Positions 38,840-50,200 of a DNA stretch of 64,000 bases are shown here, one piece after another. Under the pieces are notes generated by a model that ran no database searches, had not been told where the DNA came from, and saw nothing but the letters and a program-made list of their open reading frames with translations. The stretch comes from Marsupella aquatica (Eukaryota; Plantae; Marchantiophyta), in NCBI GenBank assembly GCA_973895155.1, contig OZ316892.1, forward strand, positions 7,237,251 through 7,301,250, read 5' to 3'. Made by a program: the position numbers and the translations under genes. Numbering within the stretch: position 1 is the stretch's first letter; each line of letters opens with the position of its first letter.

Positions 38840-41780
38840 TTTTTATATACAAAGGGACCAAACAGAGTACAAATGAACAAACAAAAGAGGGCCCAAGTGG
38901 ACAAAACCAATCGAAAAAGAAGTGAGCAAAAGGGAACCACTAAACACCAAGAAAGAGGAACTAAAAGTAAGAAATGAACAATAGGGAACCCCTAAAAACC
39001 AAGAAAGAGAGAGAGACTAAAACTAACCCAAGCGGACCGAGGTCCTCATCATTCCTACCGATTGTGGCAAAAAGCTAATGGCCCACATCAAGAGTCAAAA
39101 CTAGATCGGCAAGTGGGATTGGAACATCCTCAAGGGGAGCTAGCCGCTGCGGAGGCACACTAGCACCCACTGTAAGAGATCGACGATAGATGGCCCGAGC
39201 TTGAGCACGCTGTAAGGTGACTGAAATGCGTTGGCGAAAGTGCGTGGTCAAAATAGAAAGCGGGGGTCCGGTGGGACCCATTCGGCCATGAACATCCCGG
39301 GCAGCTTGTCGAAGAAGCCCATCAAACTGAGGATGAAGACGCCCAAATAGCTCCACAGCAAGGGGGAGGAAGCTGTCGGATGAAGCTCGTGCAGCATATT
39401 TGGCCTCCTTCGTTGTTGCCGCACGTGACGCTGCTGCCCCTGCCGTAGTTGCCGCTGTCCCAATGATGTCTTGGCGCAATGGGTTTGCCACCACAACATC
39501 TGCCAAAGTACGTTGACCCTCACGGACCATGGTAAGATCCACCCGTAACCGCTGTGATGGAGGACCAGGTAACTCGAGTACCACCTCCTGCCGCACGCAT
39601 ACCAAAGAGCCAGAGAGAACCTGAGCAGTCGCATCTCGCACAGCGTCGTGAACAATAATGGTTTCACCTCCCAAACTGCACCAAAGAAGATGGACACATG
39701 TGGCATCACAAGGCTTCCCACAAGTGCAAGAAGGAGGTAAACCTGCAAGAAGTGGGTGGGGCAGCCCCAGACGAAGACGCATGGCTGTGGAGAACTCCGT
39801 TGAAGACATCCGCAAATGAGGAATGACTGGATTGGCCTGAAGCCATCCACCTGCGCCCTTCCCTCCGGAAGAAAGAATCCGAGCTCGGTCCGTGTCAGGT
39901 GCCTCGGAGAGGATGCTGGAAAGGGTGAAAGTGTGCATACGCCCAGCGAGGTCTGCCTGAAGACGAACAGGATCCAAGGATAAAAACTCCTGGAAAGAAG
40001 GTAACGCGGCGCGAACGGGATCTGGTAATGAGGACCGCGCTGCGCGCAAATGAACCTGAAATGGGAGGGAACCCTCCTCTACCTCCATGAGAGATGAAAG
40101 TAAAAAAGGGCGATCCTCAATAAGAAAACGATCGGCCAACAACGAGAAGGCGGCCGCCCATGCACCCAAAAAGGCCAAAGGTGCAAGGCTCTCAATGGAA
40201 GTAAGCCCAAAACCACCCTGCGAAATAGGAAGACTGAGTTGTCGATGAAGCCACGGAGATGAGAGCAACGTACCCGGACCTAAAAGAGAGGCCAAGGTCT
40301 GACGAATGGAGACATCAAATGCTCGAAGGTGGAGACAAAGATCCTCGGTAGGGGGATGCGTCCTAGCCAGATAAGACGCGCGAGGGTGGATGCATCTCAA
40401 CAACATCCCAAATGCTGCCTGAGAATCTGCTAACTTAGGGAGCATAGGAGTATGGGCTAAGGCAGCCTGTATAGAGGCAGCGATGAAAGATGAGCAAAAG
40501 GAGGCGGTACCGACTGGGGAGCCAAGGACCCGAAGACCATCGGCTGGACGTAAGAACCCTGGGGGAAGCACAAGATCAGAGGGTAACCCAGCTGGACTCC
40601 ATGCACGACTCTTCACAGGCTGAACTCGTAAACCGAGGCCCATCAAATGGGTGGAAAGAGTGGCGAGGGCAGAAGTAACCGCGGCAGGAGGACCAATGAT
40701 GTGGGTGTCATCTGAAAGGGAGGGGAAGATACACTGGGGGTGGGCCATGGCAGCTTCCCGTAAAGCTATAAAATGGGCAATGGCAAAAAGAGGCCCACCC
40801 AAAGGGTCACCCTGACGTGTACCTTCTGCAGAGGAAAGAGTGGTATACACACCAGTAGAGGAGTGATGACTATAGAAGAGTGGGGCCTCGAGTCCATAAA
40901 AACAATGGACAAAGGGGATCAGGGACTGGATGTCTGGATCCGCCGCCCTCAAAGCACGAAAAATGGCTGCCCGAGAAACCGTATTAAAAGCATTAGAGAC
41001 ATCAACCTGGAGGACAACCCAATCAGGGTGGAGGTCCAATGTAGCTCGAATACCCGCAATAACCGTCTCACAACCGCCAGGAACGCCAACTACAAACTGA
41101 TGTGGAGAGAGATGATCCGATAGTGCAGAGCGAAACTGTGAGGAAAGTGTGCGAGACACAAGACGAAGAAAAACCTCCCCAATAGCAATTGGCCGAACAC
41201 CTGGTGAAGACTTAGCCATGGCCAATAAACGAGAAGCACTCAAGAGCCGAGAGACAAGAGGAGGCAAACGACCGGCTGCAATACACTGGCAAAAGGAGAA
41301 GAAAACTGGAAAACCAAACTGAGGATCCTCAGGGGGGAATAAATCACGAAAATGCTCAAAGACATAGCCGGAGGGGCCACCAGCAGAACAACGCGGGGCA
41401 TGGAGGAAGGCATAGGTGAAGTGGTCCCTACTAAACTGAAGATCCTCCTCAGGCTCAAAATCCTCGACAAACAAAGGGAGCTGATCATGGGGCTGCGGAT
41501 GGAGATCCTGAAGGGCCAACGAGGTGACCTCGCCAGGGGGGGCTGGTGTGGTGGGAGAAAGGGCCTGGACAGCCCGACCATATTCACCAGCCTGGGCTAA
41601 ACGACAAGAGCGACGAAGATGTATAAAGGCGAGGTCTAATGTACCCTGGATGGTAGGCTGGAAGGGGGTCTAGAGTGCGAACCCAACTCCATGCCTGCTC
41701 GGGAGCCTCCAAGGAGGGAGGGGCAGAGCCAACTGGGTCAATAGGGGGCTGAGGCTGGGATAGTCCTTCGTCCCGTTACA
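38840..41780 (-). mobile_element. 5'-truncated CRE-clade (RLE-type) non-LTR retrotransposon
   Basis: Contains the RT-RLE ORF, a T-rich 3' UTR on the minus strand and a short A tail (TTTTT on + at ~38840). Sequence switches abruptly to AT-rich flanks. No TSD found. Confidence 0.82.
39075..41519 (-). CDS. Reverse transcriptase + CCHC zinc finger + restriction-like endonuclease polyprotein (N-terminally truncated)
   Basis: RT motifs GVRPIAIGEVFLRL, VDVSNAFNTVSR, GTRQGDPLGGPLF, FPSLSDDTHIIG, LSLPISQGGFGL. Then CTCG..HLLWC, HDAVRD, RVDL..ADVVV and KEAKY (PD-(D/E)xK RLE). Confidence 0.9.
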   Translation of the reverse strand: MALQDLHPQPHDQLPLFVEDFEPEEDLQFSRDHFTYAFLHAPRCSAGGPSGYVFEHFRDLFPPEDPQFGFPVFFSFCQCIAAGRLPPLVSRLLSASRLLAMAKSSPGVRPIAIGEVFLRLVSRTLSSQFRSALSDHLSPHQFVVGVPGGCETVIAGIRATLDLHPDWVVLQVDVSNAFNTVSRAAIFRALRAADPDIQSLIPFVHCFYGLEAPLFYSHHSSTGVYTTLSSAEGTRQGDPLGGPLFAIAHFIALREAAMAHPQCIFPSLSDDTHIIGPPAAVTSALATLSTHLMGLGLRVQPVKSRAWSPAGLPSDLVLPPGFLRPADGLRVLGSPVGTASFCSSFIAASIQAALAHTPMLPKLADSQAAFGMLLRCIHPRASYLARTHPPTEDLCLHLRAFDVSIRQTLASLLGPGTLLSSPWLHRQLSLPISQGGFGLTSIESLAPLAFLGAWAAAFSLLADRFLIEDRPFLLSSLMEVEEGSLPFQVHLRAARSSLPDPVRAALPSFQEFLSLDPVRLQADLAGRMHTFTLSSILSEAPDTDRARILSSGGKGAGGWLQANPVIPHLRMSSTEFSTAMRLRLGLPHPLLAGLPPSCTCGKPCDATCVHLLWCSLGGETIIVHDAVRDATAQVLSGSLVCVRQEVVLELPGPPSQRLRVDLTMVREGQRTLADVVVANPLRQDIIGTAATTAGAAASRAATTKEAKYAARASSDSFLPLAVELFGRLHPQFDGLLRQAARDVHGRMGPTGPPLSILTTHFRQRISVTLQRAQARAIYRRSLTVGASVPPQRLAPLEDVPIPLADLVLTLDVGH

Positions 41781-42559
41781 AAAATGAAAAAGGAGGGAAC
41801 AAAGCTAAGCTATCAGATATTTTCTTGAATTATTTATGGCTCTTGGATTGAGTGAGATGGGAACCTAAAATTGGTTATAAGTTATAGTACAAGGTAGGTA
41901 TGTAAGTTATAATACAAGGTAGATATAATATATCATAGAGTACTTGCATGTGCTAGTGTAGTTATTTTGTGCTTGCTTATAATACTTTTTGACATGGAAC
42001 ATTAAAGTGTAAGTATATTATTTTATTGTCTATTAATTTAGAGTACATATGGCATGGGGCATGAAAGTGAAAAGATTTACTTGAGATAATGGTTTTGGTA
42101 GGGAGCAAACACTAAGGGGAAGAGAGTAGGTTGACATTATATTATTTTGGCTTTTGCTCTTAAAAAGGAGATTTAACTCTTTAGAAATTAGTTAATTTTT
42201 AGTTATCTTGCATGGACCCCAATTTCTATTTTGCACAATGATATCTTTCACTCAACAAAAGTTTTTGTGTAATAATGTATTTTAACAATTATTATTTTTA
42301 TTCAACGATTATCTGTTGCACCACGTACGATCTATTTCTCAACAACATCTTTAACCAAACAACATCTATTATGCAACGGACTGGGATTGAAAGGATATTG
42401 AGAGAATAGTCATCTTTGCTAAACCCTAAAACACTAAATCTGAAACCAATAATATAACGTTGCTCCAATTTATAGTGGTCGTCATTCAAATGCATGGGCA
42501 TTTTGGTTAAAAAAAATAAAACAAAGAAAAAGACTCACTCCTTAGTTTCCTTGATTTTT

Positions 42560-43433
42560 TATTTCATAACATCTTTCACAGAACGTAGCTTGGGTGAAAT
42601 AACACCATTTTTCTTTTAACATCTTTTACTTCATGATATCTTTGGCAAAATGACACATTTTTCTTAATAACATCTTTCACACAATGGCATGTTTGGCAAA
42701 ACTACTTTTTCTTAAGACATCTTTTTACTTTGTGACATCTTTCACTTAACAACATCTTGGGCAACACAACATCTTATTTCTTAACAACATCTTTTGTGCA
42801 ACGCACGGATATTTTCCGTGAACGATGTCTTGGCCGACATGACGTTTTTTTCTCAACATCTTCGCCAACATGACAATTTTTTCTCAACAACATCTTGGCC
42901 GACACAACGTCTTTTTTCTCAACGACTTCTTGGCCGACATGACATTTTTTTGTTCAATGATCTCTTGGTCAACACAACATCTTTTTCTCTCAAAGTCTTC
43001 TTGGCCGACACGACATCTTTTTTTCTCAATGACCTCTTGGGTGACAAGACATCTTTTTTCTCCACGGCCTCTTGGTTGACACTACATATTTTCTTTCAAC
43101 AACCTCTTGGCCAATACAACATCTTTTTTTCTCAACGACATCTTGACCAACACAACTTCTTTTCTCTCAATGACCTCTTGGGCGACACGGCATCTTTACT
43201 CTCAACGACCTCTTGGGCGACATGACATCGTTTCTCTCAACGATCGCTTGGGCAACACGACATCTTTTCTCTCCACAACCTCTTGGGCAACATGACATCT
43301 TTTCTCTCCATGACCTCCTAGGCAACACTACATCTTTTTTCTCCACGACCTCTTGGTTGACACTACATCATTTTTCTCCATAACATCTTGGCCGACACGA
43401 CTACTTTTGTGCAATGCACAGGTATTGAGCTAG
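42560..43433 (+). mobile_element. Non-autonomous Helitron-like element (3' end) carrying a tandem array of ~36-38 bp units; 5' boundary uncertain
   Basis: Hairpin TGTGCAATGCACA (43408-43420) is followed by CTAG (43430-43433) and T. An internal copy TGTGCAACGCACGG lies at 42795. About 15+ units resemble CTCTTGGGCGACACGACATCTTTTTTCTCAACGAC. Confidence 0.7.
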
Positions 43434-45328
43434 TGCACATATAATATGGTGGGGCCATAGAGATGAGTTTTTAATATAAATAGAAATCATAACAAAAAGC
43501 AGTCATGATTATCATTTGACATGACATACATCATAGACATCAGTTTTCTCATCCACATGACGAACCATGGAATTACTGTCTAGAGGTTTCACTCTAGAAG
43601 CCTAGACCCCAACTCTAGCTTGTAGTTGGAGATTTATAAATAAGATTCCATACCTCATTTCCCATGCCCCTATTTCTAGTGCACCCATGCACACATAGAG
43701 ACATAGAGAAGTGCACAAATGATATTCAGTGTACTTGTTACAGACCCCACTAGAGATCCCTTCCAAAATTTGAGACTCCACAGCATGCCATGTCATCGAG
43801 ATGCGCTGCAAACAGGTACGGATTGGTTTTACAAAATAAAATTCCTTCGCCTTTCGTGTTTGTGGCAGGATTTTGGTAAAATTGAGGACGCCATGCCGTA
43901 AACCATGATGTAAAAGTGTTTCAAAAATAACCATTTTACTTACCCTGAGTAACCGACTGTGCATTTAGTAGGAGGCCCACCCTGATTCGCCATTGATGAA
44001 TATCCTTGGATGGATTCTGTATGTGAGTTTTGGGATGAATGTTCTCCTTCGAGCATTTGGATCGGTTGGGTGGTTTGTATGACCAATTAGTGGGAATTCT
44101 AAAGGTAATTCTTTCCTTTTTGCTGCACGGAAGTTGGTGGGATGGCAGTGACAAGGAATTCGATCAAGAAAACACAACTTCGATCAGTTTCAAGGATGCA
44201 ATGTTGCGGCTTTGGTGCTCATTTCTCTCGACAAATTAGTCATCATGACTGCGTTCATTGCCCTCATCATCGCAGCTGTAAGTTTCGCGGAAAATTTGGT
44301 TGTCCATAAAGGATGTGATTGCGTCGCAGGACAAAACTTATGGGATATGATGTATCTGTTCACGAGTTGCAAGATATCGGATAGGTAGGTTGCTAAGTCA
44401 TTTCCAGTCATCTTTTCAGGAAATCCTTCATTTTAACAGAGCCAATGTCCACACTAACAGACCCAGAAACAATTGAAGCTAAAGCGGTGGAAATGAGAAG
44501 CTACATCGATCCCACGAGTGGTACCTCTCTGCAACAAGCTTAGGATCAAACTCTGTCTTCATTCCTGCCTTTTATTATGACTCAATGAAATTTTCAAGGT
44601 TGCCGCATATCAGTTCTCATGTTTGATAATCCCTATGTCATGTCAAGTAGTTAGTTAGATTATTCTTTTGAACCCTAAACTACTTCGGACGGGATGAAGA
44701 GTGGGTCGAAGCAAGGACTCAAAACTGAGATCGGCAGAGACTAGATCATAGAGCTCTTATGTACCCTCATCCTAATGGTGTTGCTTAATTTTCATGAGTG
44801 TCCAGTAAGTATGTCCAGTAGACAAAACTATGTCCAGTAATTTTTGATGATCGAGTTCCTTTAAGTCATCAGGATCAGGGTGTTAGATGTGCCTAAGCTA
44901 GATACCTCAAATTATAAATCGAGCATTGGTAAAGTAATTTTGTAACTTAGTTTAAACTAATATATTGTTTTCATTACATTCAGCACTAGCAGATCTTTGT
45001 GACTCATTGAATCAAGACAGGAAAACATCTTCGAGTCAGTACGTGTGCATGTACTACATTCAGGATTCAGAAGAGACAACCTGCACATAGGTGTCGCAAA
45101 TAGGGATTGGGATAAAACACGATTACCGCCTACAAGGGATGCCGAGTGAATTGTTGATCAATCCTGGGTGAATGCAAAGTCAATTCAACAACTGGCATGG
45201 CCGGGTCATTCCCAGGGACTTGTATGCGACCAGATTGATCGATGGAATTGATCTTCCCGAGACTATAAGAATTGAAATCAACAATTTGAAACAGAGAATC
45301 TTGCCAGCAGAGAATCTGATCGACATTC

Positions 45329-45623
45329 TATTAGGAATTGACTCTAGTTCCCGACATAGTTAGCTTGGCCTTACTAGGGTTAGTTTTAACCCTAGATTAC
45401 ATTAGGATAAGATCCGCTTAGTTTAGGCCCACTCATCTTGGCCCCCTTGGGGGGTATAGGCTGGAGGGAGAGCACTCTCTCCCTCATTCTTCACATGTAC
45501 TCTCATTTGCTATGGAGCCTTCAGGAGTTTCTCCACTCAGGGTGTCTCGTCGGTGTAGCGTCTGATTGAGTGTCTCTCATGTTTCCGCATTGCTGTCTAG
45601 TCCGGAGCTGACGGTTTCTTACA
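45329..45623 (+). repeat. 5' LTR (starts TA instead of TG, ends CA)
   Basis: Direct repeat of 51362-51656 with 4 visible substitutions. Confidence 0.97.
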
Positions 45624-47277
45624 AGTGGTATCAGAGCTTCGTGTTCGTGGTTTGGTGGCCTGGGCAGTGATGAGAGCGATCATTGTGTTGGATCGTGGTG
45701 AAAGATTGAATCGTCGTCGACAGTTGCGTGATCTTTTCACTGGCCGTTTCATTTTGAAGGATTCGTGTTCAGAAAGGGTGACGGTTTTCCAATTGTAACT
45801 TCTCTGAAGTGTTGGATGTGTCACTGTGTTTTTCTGAAGGGATTGTTGGGTGTCCAGTCCAACGATCTTCTATGCACGTCGGTATGCACTAAGTTCTGGC
45901 GAAAGTTTCATTACTTTTCGTTTTCCGAGTGCGGAGTAATCTCATCTTGAGTTTGCTGTTAAGAGCTTGATGCTCTAGGTTATGCTTTGTTTATGTTTTG
46001 ACTCTTCTCGTTGTGGGGCCAGTGGGGCCATTTTCCTTCTCGTTAAAAGTCAAGTTTTCGTAAGCCAAAGTTGCAAAATTTTGCTTGTTGGGCTTTTCTC
46101 TCGAGGTCGTCGCTGCGCAACATTTTTCGGCGGAGCGGCAGGAGAAAGTACGAGAGGACTACTAGGGCGAGTGTACAAGCCCCATCATACGTACGCCTGT
46201 ACATGGCGGTACAAGGCCAAAGGCACAAGCAGGTGGGCGGGGTACAACTGTACCCGAAGGTACAGTGGGGAGAGGGAGCTCCCTCCTCACGGGAGTATTT
46301 TCCTGCAGGGCCCAAGGTGTGAGCAGGTACAACTGTACCCACAGGTACAGTACTTGAAAGTACTGCATTAAGTGGGAAGGGAAGGATTTGTGCTCCCTTC
46401 TTACGGGAGTCATTTTCTTTGGGCACAAGGCCCTATGAGCATTGAAGAGGGGGAGAGGGGGAGCGAGCACTCCTTTCCCTTGGGAGTTTTTAATTAGGCT
46501 CAAAGCCCTATGCTGCAGCTTGGAGAAGGGGTGAGATGGGAGTTTTAATGCTCCCTCCTTTCGGGAGCACTTAAGTGGTTTCAAGGGCACGAGGCCCTAT
46601 AAATGTACGAGCTAGCCAGGAGGGCTCGGGTGCATTTAAGGAGGGTACGAGGAAGTATTTAAAGGGTCAATGCGCGACCCTATGCACGGGAGGGCAAGGC
46701 ACGGAAAAATTTTTTTTAAAGAATTTTTTTGAGGTCGGTAGGGACGAACGCTCGTCCCTAGTCTTCATTTTTTTTTCTTTGTTCTTTTCTTTTTCTCTCC
46801 ACGATTACTCTTACTTCCCAGGTGGACAGGTGTTGGCTCCACATTTCTTCTGCTGTAAAATTTGACTGTACTTTGATTCCCTCCAAAAGATACTTTTCCA
46901 GAGAGCTGAATTTTGGCCAAAATTTCCGAATTCGGCGATTGTCGAGGCATAATTTTTTTGCACTGCTTTGCAAGGGGATACTCAAGGGAGTTGAGCACGG
47001 GCCTGTGAAATCGATTTGCATTTAACTATTGCGAAATTTTTTCGGGACCTAAGATACCCGACGGGGGTCAAAACGGCCATTTTGACCCCCCTCCGGTCCG
47101 GGTTGAATAAGTTTTCGCTGGAGAAGTTTTTTGCCAAATCATTTTCAGATCTTGTAGTGTACCTTGCAGGCTACGCGGCAGTGCATTCCATTTCCAATTT
47201 CACCAACTTTCATTTTTTGGTGACTTTTTGGGTGGAGGTATTTCGGTTGTGTTTCCTGTGTGTTTGTGGCAGCACAA

Positions 47278-50200
47278 ATGACTTCAAGAAAGCTTGCGGC
47301 GCCGAAGTTTGAGGTGGAGAAGTTTGACGGGAAGGTCAGCTTCAGCCTCTGGACTCGGAAGGTGATCAATGTGTTGATCCAGCAGGGTCTTGAGAAGACC
47401 CTCACTGGAGTGAAACCCTCGAATCTAACAGATGAGGAGTGGGAGGAAATGTCGGTGCAGGCGTGTAGCACAATTGAGTTGTTCTTGGCAAACAACATTC
47501 TCAAGAATGTGTTGGGGATGGATCGGAATGCCAAGAAAATCTGGGATATGCTTACTCAGCTATACCAGAGTACTTCATTGACTACTCGCATTTATCACTT
47601 GGAGCGGCTGTTCAGGTTGAAGTTGAAGGATGGTGGCAACATGCGTGATCACCTCAGTCTCTTTGATGAGATTGTGCACGAGGTGGCCACGGCGGGAGAC
47701 AAGTTGACCGATGAGTATCTTGCGATGCATTTGTTGATGTCGCTTCCTCAGAGCTATTCGACGTTGGTGACAGTCATCACACATGACAAGTCTACGTTAA
47801 AGCTGGATGAGGTAAAGGCTACCATTCTTGCAAAATGGGGCAAGCGACAACTTTCTGGCCGTGACAATGAGTCTGCTGCCTTAGTGGTTAGAGGCAGATC
47901 GACGGAGCGTACTACGGATCAGTCTAGATCTAAATCACATAGTAGATCTAAATCTAAGTCCCGTAGTAAGAAAGTGCAGTGTTGGCATTGCCATGAGAAG
48001 GGCCACACCAAGTGGAATTGTCCTTCTCTGTCAAAGCAGAAGCGTCATGCTTCCAATGGTGCGTCCTCATCGTCGGCTGGTATTGTGATTGCTGATAATG
48101 AGGATGCTGCTGAAGTGCTATGTATTGGTGTTGTGAATTCTGTGTATGACAATAAATGGATGTTGGATTCGGGTTCCTCTTATCACGTGTGTCCAACGCA
48201 ATCGTATTTCTCCACTTACCAACCTTGTACCGGTACTGTGGAAATCGGAAATGGAGTCCGATGTGCAATTGTTGGCATGGGGACTATCAAATTCCGGATG
48301 TTTGATGGTGTTGTGCGAGCACTGACGGGAGTCAGACACATACCAGACATCTCTAAGAATTTGATTTCTCTTGGTGCTGTGGAAGCTGGTGGATCTCATT
48401 TCACTGCACGTGATGGTGCGCTCTTTGTCGTCAAAGATGATGTATCTTTGATTAAGGCGCTACAGCAGAATAATTTGTACATCTTGGAAGGAGATGTCAT
48501 TGCTCCTAGAGTGGAGCATGTGGATTCTGTGGTGGAACGTTCGGATGCAGCGGCAACATCTACTGTAGAGTCATCTACGGCTGCTTTAATTGAAGCACCC
48601 TCAATATCTGGTCGCACACAAGCCATAGATTTGTGGCATGCACGGTTGGGGCACTTGAGTGGAAAAGGATTGGCAGCCTTGGCAAACAGAGATTTGTTGC
48701 AAGGCGCTCAATCTGGTAAACTCTCTTTCTGTGAAGATTGCATCTTCGGCAAGCAGAGGAGAGTGAGTTTCAGTTCTAGTTCATACCATTCTCATGAAAT
48801 TCTTGAGTATGTACATTCGGATGTTTGGGGTCCAGCGCCGGAGCCATCGTTGGGTGGAGCCAGATATTTTGTGACGTTTGTAGATGATTACTCTCGAATG
48901 TGTTGGTTGTACTACATGAAGGAGAAGTCTCAAGTCTTTGAGATCTTCAAGGAGTGGAAAGCCATGGTAGAACTACAAACTGGGAAGGAGTTGAAGTGTG
49001 TTCGGTCCGATAACGGTGGCGAGTATAAGTCCAATGAGTTTGATCAATTTGGTCGAGACCTTGGCCTCAAGCGTCATTACACTGTACCGGAGACCCCGCA
49101 GCAGAATGGAGTTGCAGAACGGTTGAATCGGACATTATTGGAGAAAGCACGCAACATGCTATGTAAGTCCAAGTTTCCCAACAACTTTTGGGCTGAAGCT
49201 GTCAACCAAGCTGCATACGTCTACAATCTGTCACCGCATAGTAGTAAGTTGATGCAGACTCCATTTGAGTTGTGGTATAAGAGACCTGCTGATTACTCTA
49301 GACTCCGAGTTTTTGGTTGTGCTGCCTATGTTCACATTGAGCAGACACACAGGTCTAAGTTGGATCCCAAGTCTAAGAAATGTATTTTTCTAGGCTTTAG
49401 TCCTGGGCAGAAGGGCTATAAATTGTGGGATCCTGTCGATTGCAAGGCAGTTGTGAGCAGAAATGTTGTTTTTGACGAAGAATGGTTGTCAAGACCCCGG
49501 GATATTCAGGAGGAACAGGTGGAGGAACCCACTACGGTGGAGCTTGGTGGCGATGAGGAAGCTGCTGGTCCCTCTAGTAGAGGTGCAATTCCTCAACCAA
49601 GGCGCTCCACCAGGGCCAATTTTGGCCAACCCCCTGATAGATTTGGTTTTGCAGATCCTCGTGTTCACGTTGTTGAGCATGACGATGATCCCGGTGTTAT
49701 TTTGCTTACTGAAGATGGAGACCCCTCTAGCTATGAAGAAGCTATGGCCTCTCCAGAGAAGGATAAGTGGATGGAGGCGATGTTGAAGGAGATGAATTCT
49801 TTGAAGAAGAATTCAACTTGGCGCTTAACTGACATGCCTCGCGGGAAAACACTGGTTCCGTGTAGATGGTTGTACAAGAAGAAGCAGGATGGCACTTACA
49901 AGGCTCGCCTTGTGGCCAAAGGGTACACCCAGAAGGAGGGCTTGGACTACACGGAAATTTTCTCACCAGTTGTCAAACTCACTACTATCCGTGTTTTACT
50001 TGCGATTGTGGCATTCTATGATCTTGAGTTAGATCAGATGGATGTAATTACTGCTTTCCTGCATGGATTGCTTGATGTGGAGATTTATATGACTCAGCCT
50101 CCAGGTTTTATTGATGAGAAGACCAGACACTTGGTGTGTAAGCTCTTGCGCTCGTTATACGGATTGAAGCAGAGTCCCAGACAGTGGAATAAGCGTTTTG

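Noticed and set aside
42794-43400. CRISPR-like regular array, and the ORFs 42794-43225, 42870-43079, 43107-43295
   Set aside because: The units are contiguous degenerate repeats without unique spacers, there are no cas genes, and the context is eukaryotic. The ORFs are repeat artefacts.
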